DNA of 64,000 bases from Alphaproteobacteria bacterium MarineAlpha5_Bin5 (lineage in GTDB: Bacteria; Pseudomonadota; Alphaproteobacteria; HIMB59; GCA-002718135), in the NCBI GenBank assembly GCA_002938205.1, contig PTKZ01000002.1, forward strand, positions 64,017 to 128,016, given 5' to 3'. The notes below the pieces were generated by a model. The model worked only from the letters and a program-made list of their open reading frames with translations. It was not told where the DNA came from and did not search any database. Numbering within the stretch: the stretch's first letter is position 1; each line of letters starts with the position of its first letter. Of this stretch, positions 54,084 to 61,883 are shown one piece after another. The translations under genes and the position numbers were made by a program.

Positions 54084-55531
54084 ATTCCAGCCATTGATAT
54101 ATATTTAATTTCTAAATATTCATCAAGACCGTATTTAGAACCCTCTCTTCCAAGCCCAGATTCTTTTATACCTCCAAAAGGGATTTCAGCTTTTGTTGGA
54201 AGGCCAGTGTTAACACTTACTATACCATATTCTAGTGACTCTGCTACTTTCCAAATTCTACCAATATCTCTAGCATAAAAATATGAAGCTAATCCAAAAG
54301 GCGTATTATTAGCTAAATTAATTACCTCTTCATCTGAAGAAAATTTGTAGATAGGCGCAACTGGTCCAAAAGTTTCTTCATAAGTAATTTTAGCTTTTGT
54401 TGTTACGTTTGAAAGCACTGTAGGTTTGTAAAAGTTTCCTCCTAAACTATGAATATCTCCTCCAATAGCTATTTTTGCGCCACAATTAACAGCATCACTT
54501 ACATGGTCTTGAACTTTTTCAAGAGAATATTGATCAATCAATGGGCCTGAATTAGTTGCAGATTCTAAACCATTTCCAACTTTAATTTTAGCAACTTCGG
54601 AAACAAATTTTTGTAAAAATTCATCATAAACATTTTCATGAACAAAAATCCTATTTGCACAAATACATGTTTGTCCAGAATTTCTAAATTTACTTATTAT
54701 TGCTCCAGATACTGCTTCATCAATATTTGCATCATCAAAAACGATGAAAGGAGCATGCCCTCCAAGTTCCATTGATACTTTTTTAACAGTTGAAGAACTT
54801 TGCTTGAGCAGAATTTTCCCAACCTCTGTTGACCCAGTAAACGAAATTTTTTTAACTATAGGATTTTCAGTTAGCTCTTTTCCTATTTCAGCAGCAGAAC
54901 CTGTGATGACATTGAATACCCCTTTTGGAAAGCCTGCATCTTCAGCTAATACTGCTAATGCTAAAGCTGAAAAAGGAGTTTGGCTAGCTGGTTTGATAAC
55001 AACAGGACAACCTACTCCTAAAGCAGGAGCACATTTTCTTGTTATCATTGTACTAGGAAAATTCCAAGGAGTTATAGCTCCGACAACTCCTACAGGTTGT
55101 TTTATTACAACAATTCTTCTATCCGGAAGTGGATCAGAAATAATATCACCGTAAACTCTTTTAGCTTCTTCAGCATAAAATTCTATATATGTTGTTCCCA
55201 TCAGGATCTCACCTTTTGCTTCAGCAAGAGGTTTGCCTTGTTCAATTGTCATTATATGAGCTAAATCTTCAATATTATTTAAAATAAGATTATGCCATTT
55301 TTTTAATATTATTGATCTTTCTTTAGCTGTTTTATTTTTCCAATCCTTAAATGCATCATTTGCTGAGTTTATAGCTATTTTTGTCTCAGTAGAGCCACAT
55401 TTTGGAACAGTACCAATTGTGCTTTGAGTAGCAGGGTTATCTACCTCAATTGTCTCACCCGTGGAGCTTTTAATCCATTTACCACCAATATAGCAGTCTT
55501 GCCTAAATAGTGATTTATTTTTTAATTCCAT
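54080..55531 (-). CDS. gabD: NAD(P)+-dependent aldehyde dehydrogenase, succinate-semialdehyde dehydrogenase (GabD/Ssd) family
   Basis: 483 aa ALDH with catalytic Glu context VSMELGGHAP, catalytic Cys FRNSGQTCICANR, and a GabD-like N-terminus (CYIGGKW). Confidence 0.85.
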   Translation of the reverse strand: MELKNKSLFRQDCYIGGKWIKSSTGETIEVDNPATQSTIGTVPKCGSTETKIAINSANDAFKDWKNKTAKERSIILKKWHNLILNNIEDLAHIMTIEQGKPLAEAKGEILMGTTYIEFYAEEAKRVYGDIISDPLPDRRIVVIKQPVGVVGAITPWNFPSTMITRKCAPALGVGCPVVIKPASQTPFSALALAVLAEDAGFPKGVFNVITGSAAEIGKELTENPIVKKISFTGSTEVGKILLKQSSSTVKKVSMELGGHAPFIVFDDANIDEAVSGAIISKFRNSGQTCICANRIFVHENVYDEFLQKFVSEVAKIKVGNGLESATNSGPLIDQYSLEKVQDHVSDAVNCGAKIAIGGDIHSLGGNFYKPTVLSNVTTKAKITYEETFGPVAPIYKFSSDEEVINLANNTPFGLASYFYARDIGRIWKVAESLEYGIVSVNTGLPTKAEIPFGGIKESGLGREGSKYGLDEYLEIKYISMAGI

Positions 55532-55590
55532 GTTTATTATTATATAAATTTAAATTAGTTTTAATTAAACATTAATTTAAGGAAAACAAA

Positions 55591-56694
55591 ATGACAATAG
55601 TAAATTCTTGGAATGAATGGGATCCACTTAAACATGTTATAGTTGGTACAGTTGAAAATTCCAATGTACCGCCAATGGAACCTGCTTTAGAGCCAAAACT
55701 TAGCAAAGACAGTGGTATGGTAGGCTCTGATGGTCCAAGATCTAAAGAAGCTATAGATAAAGCAAACATACAATTAAGTAATTTTGTTTCTATTTTAAAG
55801 TCACTTGGAATTAAAGTTGATAGACCTACACCTATTGATTTTACAAAAACTATTTCTACACCAGATTGGATTAATGAAGGTCAATTTGGATCTATGCCTC
55901 CTAGAGATGTAATCTTGACAGTAGGTAATGAAATGCTGGAAGCTCCTATGTCTTATAGGTGTCGTTGGTTTGAATATCTTGCTTACAGACCTTTGCTTGA
56001 AAAATATTATGAACAAGATAAAAATATGAGATGGGAAGCAGCACCTAAACCACGACTTACTAAATCTTCATATAAATCAAATTATTTGCCAGAAGGTATA
56101 ACTGAATTTGAGAGACATAAAAAAATTGAAGATAGAGATATGATACTAACTGAAAAAGAACCACTGTTTGATGCTGCTGAGATTTTACGTTTTGGAAAAG
56201 ATTTATTTTATCACAATAACTTTACTTCAAATTTAAAAGGCCTTGATTGGCTTAAACGTCACTTTTCTGATCATCGAGTTCATCAAATTAATTTACCAGG
56301 AGATTTAATTCCCACGCATATTGATGCATGTTTTACACCTATAAAACCAGGAGTAATAATTATTAATCCAAATAGAAAAATATCAAATGATCAAAGAAAA
56401 ATATTTGATGATAATAAATGGGAGATTCACGAAGCAGCTCCTTCGATTCACAATACTCCACCACCAATGTGTTATTCATCCATTTGGTTATCCATGAATG
56501 TTTTAATTATTGATCCAAAAACAATTTGTGTGGAGGCAACTGAAGAAAAAATGATTAAACAAATGGAAAATTTTGGCATGAAAGTAATTCCAGTTCCTTT
56601 TAGAGATGTCTATGCTTTTGGTGGGAGTTTGCACTGCGCAACTACTGATGTTTACCGAGAAGGTAAATGTGAAGATTATTTTCCCATTCAATAA
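55591..56694 (+). CDS. Amidinotransferase-fold enzyme (glycine/inosamine amidinotransferase-like, GME superfamily)
   Basis: 367 aa. The N-terminal NSWNEWDPLKHVIVGT and C-terminal GGSLHCATTDVYREG (nucleophilic Cys context) resemble L-arginine:glycine amidinotransferase. Confidence 0.75.
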   Translation: MTIVNSWNEWDPLKHVIVGTVENSNVPPMEPALEPKLSKDSGMVGSDGPRSKEAIDKANIQLSNFVSILKSLGIKVDRPTPIDFTKTISTPDWINEGQFGSMPPRDVILTVGNEMLEAPMSYRCRWFEYLAYRPLLEKYYEQDKNMRWEAAPKPRLTKSSYKSNYLPEGITEFERHKKIEDRDMILTEKEPLFDAAEILRFGKDLFYHNNFTSNLKGLDWLKRHFSDHRVHQINLPGDLIPTHIDACFTPIKPGVIIINPNRKISNDQRKIFDDNKWEIHEAAPSIHNTPPPMCYSSIWLSMNVLIIDPKTICVEATEEKMIKQMENFGMKVIPVPFRDVYAFGGSLHCATTDVYREGKCEDYFPIQ

Positions 56695-57446
56695 TGAAAA
56701 ACTTTAAACAAAAAATTTTAAAACCAATAATAGAAAAAACTAAAAATCCAAGGATTGGAGTAATTACTCTTTCAACTGATTTAACTATTGAGCAAGATTT
56801 TAGAAAAATATGTAACGATCTTCCTTTAGATATATTTTTTAACAGAATACCTTTTATTAATCCTTTAAATCATGAAAATTATTTAAAAATGTCTGAACAT
56901 TTACCTCAAGTTTCAGCACAAATTTTACCTGATCAAAAAATCGATGTAATTGCCTATGGGTGTACTTCTGGAACAATTGCGATAGGTGAGGAACAGATTA
57001 AAAAACAAATACATAAATCAAAACCTAATGCTTTAGTGACTACGCCTATAACTGCTGCTCTAAAAGGATTCAAAAAATTAAATTTTAAAAAAATTGCAGT
57101 TTTAACTCCTTATCCTAGAGAAGTTAATTTAACAGTTTTTAACTATCTTAAACAAAATAATATAGAGATAGATTCTTTTAATTCTTTTAATTTAAACTAT
57201 GATTATGAAATCGCTCAAGTAAGCCTAGATAGTATGATGAATCAAATTTCTAAAATTAATTTGTCAAATATTGATGGACTTTTTGTGTCATGCACTGCTC
57301 TTAAAATTGTTGATATCATTGGTAATATCGAAAAAGAATTTAAAACTAATGTTGTTTCTAGCAATCAAGCTATAATTTGGGATTGTTTAAAATTATTAAA
57401 AATTAAAAATGAAGTTCTTGGTTATGGAAATTTATTTAGGAGTTAA
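56694..57446 (+). CDS. Asp/Glu-racemase-like superfamily protein (EutA / maleate isomerase / arylmalonate decarboxylase type)
   Basis: 250 aa with two pseudo-symmetric Cys motifs (IAYGCTSGT and LFVSCTALK). Start overlaps the upstream stop (TAATG). Confidence 0.65.
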   Translation: MKNFKQKILKPIIEKTKNPRIGVITLSTDLTIEQDFRKICNDLPLDIFFNRIPFINPLNHENYLKMSEHLPQVSAQILPDQKIDVIAYGCTSGTIAIGEEQIKKQIHKSKPNALVTTPITAALKGFKKLNFKKIAVLTPYPREVNLTVFNYLKQNNIEIDSFNSFNLNYDYEIAQVSLDSMMNQISKINLSNIDGLFVSCTALKIVDIIGNIEKEFKTNVVSSNQAIIWDCLKLLKIKNEVLGYGNLFRS

Positions 57447-57460
57447 TTAACTATTTTTGA

Positions 57461-58642
57461 ATGAAATACATAAAAGCATTTGATCAGTTTGAATATAAAG
57501 CTCGTTTAACTAGAGTTAAAAAGATCATGAATGAGAAAGGTTTTGATATGTTAATTTGTCAAGATCCTGCAAATATGTGTTGGCTAACAGGTTTTGATGG
57601 TTGGTCATTTTATACTCCACAGACAGTCATTGTGCATTTAAATGAGGATTGGCCTATTTGGTTTGGAAGAGAACAAGATGCAAAATCAGCAAATATAACA
57701 ACTGATATTCCACAAGAAAATATCATTTCTTTTTCAGAACCATTAGTACATCATGAAACACTCCACCCATTTGATGAGCTTTGCGATTATATCAAGCATA
57801 GAAAATGGGAAAAAAATAGAATTGGAGTTGATTTTGATGCTCATTATTTTACAGCAAGAGCTTACAAGCATCTTTATACAGGCTTACCAAATGCTAAAAT
57901 ATCGGATAACAAGGAGTTAGTTAATTGGGCAAGATTAATAAAATCGCCTAAAGAACTTACATACATGAGAGAAGCAGGCAATATAAGTACTAACACAATG
58001 CTTAAAGCAATAGATCAAATAGTCCCTGGTGTTCCTGAATATAAAATTATAGCTGATATTTATAAAAATCAAATAGAAGGGATACAAGGAAAATACGGAG
58101 ATTACACAGGTCTTTGTCCGCTTATTCAAGTAGGTGAAAAAACTAGCACACCTCATCTTACTTGGTCTGAAGAACCTTTGCCAAAAGAAGGCCTTGTTGT
58201 ATTAGAGATCGGTTCGGCTAGACGTCATTATCATGCACCTCTTACTAGAACTATTTACATTGGAAAAGTGCCAAGCGAAGTTTCGAACCTCGCTAGTACT
58301 ATAGTTGATGCAGGAAATAAGGCTTTTGAAGTTGCTAGACCAGGAATTACCTGTGCTGAAGTAGAATCAACTTGGCAAAAAGAATTAAATAAAAGAGGTT
58401 TTGAAAAGAAAAGCCGTGTTGGTTATTCAATTGGGTTAAACTTCCCCCCTGATTGGGGAGAGCGAACTGCTAGTTTAAGGGTTGGTGATAAAACTATATT
58501 AAAAGAAGGTATGTGCTTTCATTTTCAATCTGGTATTTGGTTAGATAATTTTGGAGCTGCAATTTCTGAGTCTATTGTAATTGGTAAAAATGGAATTGAA
58601 AGATTATGTAATGTAGATAGAAAATTATTTGAAGTAATCTAG
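57461..58642 (+). CDS. M24-family creatinase/ectoine hydrolase-like protein (EutD/DoeA-like)
   Basis: 393 aa with a creatinase-type N-domain (DPANMCWLTGFDGWSFY), a pita-bread domain (IKSPKELTYMREA, RRHYHAPLTRT) and GLNFPPDWGERTASLR, which I associate with ectoine hydrolases. Confidence 0.72.
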   Translation: MKYIKAFDQFEYKARLTRVKKIMNEKGFDMLICQDPANMCWLTGFDGWSFYTPQTVIVHLNEDWPIWFGREQDAKSANITTDIPQENIISFSEPLVHHETLHPFDELCDYIKHRKWEKNRIGVDFDAHYFTARAYKHLYTGLPNAKISDNKELVNWARLIKSPKELTYMREAGNISTNTMLKAIDQIVPGVPEYKIIADIYKNQIEGIQGKYGDYTGLCPLIQVGEKTSTPHLTWSEEPLPKEGLVVLEIGSARRHYHAPLTRTIYIGKVPSEVSNLASTIVDAGNKAFEVARPGITCAEVESTWQKELNKRGFEKKSRVGYSIGLNFPPDWGERTASLRVGDKTILKEGMCFHFQSGIWLDNFGAAISESIVIGKNGIERLCNVDRKLFEVI

Positions 58643-58652
58643 ACTTATAAAA

Positions 58653-59447
58653 TTAATTTGCATCAAGAACAGCATGAAGAAATTGTTTGGTTCTTTCATT
58701 TTGAGGATTTCCAAATAATTTTTCAGGTGGTCCTTGTTCAAAAATTTTTCCTTCATAAAAAAAACAAACACGATCTGAAATTTCCCTCGCAAAACCCATT
58801 TGGTGTGTAACCATAATCATTGTTAAGTTATGTTCCTTATTAAGAGAACGTATAACATTTAATACCTCTCCAACAACTTCTGGATCTAGAGAAGAAGTAA
58901 TTTCATCTAAAAGCATTACCTTCGGCCTCATTGCAAGAGCCCTAGCAATAGCAACACGTTGTTGTTGACCACCTGATAATCTTGTTGGATGTTCATCTTT
59001 TTTATCAGTAAGTCCAACAAGCTCTAATAATTCAAGCGCTCTTTCTTCAGCTTCTTCTTTTTTTAAACCAAGAACATGAACAGGGGCTTCAATACAATTT
59101 TGTAATGCAGTCATATGAGGGAATAAATTAAACTGCTGAAAAACCATACCAATTTTTGAACGTCTTTCTCTAATATATTTTTCATTTGCTTCTATGAGTT
59201 TTCCGTTTTCTTCCATGTGAGTTAAAGGCTCATTGTCCAAATAAATGACACCTTGGTTTATTTTTTCTAATGTCATTAAAACTCTTAAAACAGTCGTTTT
59301 TCCTGAACCAGATGGTCCTATAATAGAGACCATTTCATTTTTTTTTATCTCTAGATTAAGTTTATCAAGTACAACCAAATCACCATATTTTTTAGTTACT
59401 TCAGAAAATTTAACTAAAATATCGTTTGAGTGTTTTTCTTGATTCAT
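58653..59447 (-). CDS. Polar amino-acid/ectoine-type ABC transporter, ATP-binding protein
   Basis: 264 aa with Walker A GPSGSGKTT, signature LSGGQQQRVAIARAL and Walker B MLLDEITSSLD. Confidence 0.9.
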   Translation of the reverse strand: MNQEKHSNDILVKFSEVTKKYGDLVVLDKLNLEIKKNEMVSIIGPSGSGKTTVLRVLMTLEKINQGVIYLDNEPLTHMEENGKLIEANEKYIRERRSKIGMVFQQFNLFPHMTALQNCIEAPVHVLGLKKEEAEERALELLELVGLTDKKDEHPTRLSGGQQQRVAIARALAMRPKVMLLDEITSSLDPEVVGEVLNVIRSLNKEHNLTMIMVTHQMGFAREISDRVCFFYEGKIFEQGPPEKLFGNPQNERTKQFLHAVLDAN

Positions 59448-59462
59448 ACTATTCCTGATATT

Positions 59463-60140
59463 TTACACATTAACTTTTCCTTGTGCTTTATTTACTGCTG
59501 CCTCAAGTCTTCTTATACCAAATGCAGTAGGTAATGAAATAACTAAAAATATAACTCCTACCATAGTATAAGGTTCTAAATATCTATATGTGTAAGCACC
59601 TATCGAATTTGCTGTAAAAAAGAGTTCAGCAACACCTATTGTAGCAAGTAAAGGGGTATCTTTAAAAATACCTACTAAATAATTACCCATTCCTGGTATT
59701 GCTATGGGAAATGCTTGTGGCAAAATTATTTTGCGATAGTTATAGCTAGTTGAAAAGTTTAATGCTCTACATGCCTCCCACTGAGTTTTTGAAACACCCT
59801 CAAGGGCTCCTCTATAAACTTCTGAAAGATAGGTTCCATAGTGAAGTCCTATTGTAATCATAGCACAAACCCAAGCTGAAAGAGTTAATCCAAATTGTGG
59901 GGCTACAAAATATACAAAAAATAACTGAACAAGAAGAGGAGTGGACCGAATAAATTCTACAATTTCTCTTGTAGGTATATTTATAATTTTATAAGATGTT
60001 CGTTGACCTAACATAAATAAAATACCAACAATTGCTGCTATTGCATACCCTACCCCTGCTGCTAAAAACGTATTTAAAGTTGCCCAAAGCATTTGAGGTA
60101 ATATTTCAAAAGACCATTCCCAACGCCATTCTACGTACAT
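59463..60140 (-). CDS. Polar amino-acid ABC transporter permease (HisM/EhuD-like)
   Basis: 225 aa with 5 TM helices and an EAA-loop region (TQWEACRALNFS). Confidence 0.85.
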   Translation of the reverse strand: MYVEWRWEWSFEILPQMLWATLNTFLAAGVGYAIAAIVGILFMLGQRTSYKIINIPTREIVEFIRSTPLLVQLFFVYFVAPQFGLTLSAWVCAMITIGLHYGTYLSEVYRGALEGVSKTQWEACRALNFSTSYNYRKIILPQAFPIAIPGMGNYLVGIFKDTPLLATIGVAELFFTANSIGAYTYRYLEPYTMVGVIFLVISLPTAFGIRRLEAAVNKAQGKVNV

Positions 60141-60143
60141 AAT

Positions 60144-60815
60144 TTATGCTTTCCCTCTTCCAACTTTTCTTGCTGCCAGAACTTCTAACCATCGTAAAAA
60201 AGGAACAAGTATGAATCTTGCCATAACAAAATATATTATAAGAGCTAATCCAAAAGATTGCGCTGAAAACCAAGTCATCATATTAATTTGTTTTGCAACA
60301 AACATTAAATCAACAAGTGTAATTAAAGAAACAAGTGCAGTTCCTTTTAATAATTCTACAGCTAAATTAGCAGCAGGCGGAAGTATAATAGGATAAATTT
60401 GAGGAATAATTATTCTCTGCATTCTTTTTCGTTTACTAAAATTAAGAGCGGAAGCTCCCTCCCACTGTCCTTTAGGAACAGCTAAAATACCAGCTCTAAA
60501 TACCTCTGCTCCATAAGCACCAAAATTCATTCCTAAAGCTAAAACACCAGCTAACAACGCTGGTAATGGAAGACCAAATAAGGGAAGTACATAATATATC
60601 CAAAACATCTGAATAATTAGAGATGTTCCGCGATAAAATTCTATATATATTGTAGCTATAGCCTGAATAAAAAAATTTTTTGAAAGTCGCATTATTCCAA
60701 AAAAAATTGAAATAAATACTGCAAGTATAACGGAATAAACAAATACTTGTGCTGTAACTATTGCAGCAGATGTAAATTTAGGACCATATTCAATTATAAA
60801 ACTAAAAAAATTCAA
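60144..60815 (-). CDS. Polar amino-acid ABC transporter permease (HisQ/EhuC-like)
   Basis: 223 aa with a TTG start preceded by AAGGA, and an EAA-loop region (GQWEGASALNFS). Confidence 0.85.
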   Translation of the reverse strand: MNFFSFIIEYGPKFTSAAIVTAQVFVYSVILAVFISIFFGIMRLSKNFFIQAIATIYIEFYRGTSLIIQMFWIYYVLPLFGLPLPALLAGVLALGMNFGAYGAEVFRAGILAVPKGQWEGASALNFSKRKRMQRIIIPQIYPIILPPAANLAVELLKGTALVSLITLVDLMFVAKQINMMTWFSAQSFGLALIIYFVMARFILVPFLRWLEVLAARKVGRGKA

Positions 60816-60839
60816 ACTTTACTTATCCTTGAAAAATTC

Positions 60840-60872
60840 AAAAAAAAATCAGGCAACTTAAGCTGCCTGATT
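60840..60872 (-). terminator. Intra-operon hairpin plus U-run after the binding-protein gene (attenuator/mRNA stabiliser)
   Basis: 26-nt near-perfect palindrome AATCAGGCAACTTAAGCTGCCTGATT (60847-60872, one mismatched pair). It starts 11 nt past the SBP stop and is followed on the minus strand by a run of 7-9 T. Confidence 0.55.
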
Positions 60873-60883
60873 AAAGTATTTAA

Positions 60884-61714
60884 TTATTTATTTGCACAAG
60901 CATATTCTGTTGTGAAACCTTCTGGGGGAAGTTGTGCTGCAGTATATCCATACTCAGCAGTACTTGACATCCACTTATCACCACCAATAACTTTTGCCAT
61001 AGCTGCATTGAACTTCTCTTTGAAATCTGAGTCAGATTTTCTAAAACCTATACCCACTACATTCATTACTTCTTTAGGCATTTTAGTAGCGTCAGTTTGT
61101 TCAAATTTCCCTTCTGAAATTTCAACATGTTCTTGAACACTAAAAACAGTGTGTACCGCAACATCAGCTCTACCAGCATTCATTGCAGCAAGTATTCCTA
61201 CTTCACCATCAACAAGTAACATTTGACTATCAGGAACACCGTATTTCTTTGCCGCTTCTACAGTATTAAATCCAATACCTGTAACAAGGGTAGCTCCAGT
61301 TCTTACAACGTCTTCATAGTTATGAATTCCTTTTGGATTTCCAGCAGGAACCATCATGGCATCACCAAAGTAACCAATAGGATCTGAAAAGTCTATATTC
61401 TCACATCTACTTTTAAGAATATACATACCACCAGTTATAATATCATAACGACCTGCATTAAGACCTGGAATTAATCCTGCCCATTCGTTTACAGAAGTAT
61501 CAACTTCATTGATTCCCATTTCTTCAAGTATTGTTAAAGCAATCGCATTAACAAAACCTAAAGGTTCACCGTTTTCACCAGGATAACCCCAAGGAACTGC
61601 TGTAGCAAAACCTAGACTTGGTTTATCTCCAGCTGCAACTTTTTCAGATAGTGATTGTGCACTAACTGCAAAAGAAGAAAAGATAATAGTAATTGCAATT
61701 AATAATGATCTCAT
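60884..61714 (-). CDS. Periplasmic substrate-binding protein, polar amino-acid family 3 (EhuB-like)
   Basis: 276 aa with signal peptide MRSLLIAITIIFSSFAVSAQS and family-3 SBP blocks (WAGLIPGLNAGRYDIITGGM). It is the first gene of the minus-strand transporter operon. Confidence 0.85.
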   Translation of the reverse strand: MRSLLIAITIIFSSFAVSAQSLSEKVAAGDKPSLGFATAVPWGYPGENGEPLGFVNAIALTILEEMGINEVDTSVNEWAGLIPGLNAGRYDIITGGMYILKSRCENIDFSDPIGYFGDAMMVPAGNPKGIHNYEDVVRTGATLVTGIGFNTVEAAKKYGVPDSQMLLVDGEVGILAAMNAGRADVAVHTVFSVQEHVEISEGKFEQTDATKMPKEVMNVVGIGFRKSDSDFKEKFNAAMAKVIGGDKWMSSTAEYGYTAAQLPPEGFTTEYACANK

Positions 61715-61883
61715 ATCGTAATCCTCCTTAAATATATTAAGTTATAACAGTATTCATACTTGTAAATTGCTGATTGTACACAAGAAATTTGTAGTGTTTA
61801 TGATAAAATCTAGAAAAAAAAGATGATTTAGAGGCTTTTTAATTTGTTGAGTACGTAAATGATTAGGTTATAAATTAATTATT

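Noticed and set aside
54744-55154. 136-aa plus-strand ORF inside gabD
   Set aside because: It is antisense to the conserved ALDH core. The Pro/Gly/Thr-rich mirror translation is typical of shadow ORFs.
60747-61136. 129-aa plus-strand ORF spanning the permease start, the spacer and the end of the binding-protein gene
   Set aside because: It overlaps two well-supported minus-strand genes and the hairpin between them, and shows no motifs.
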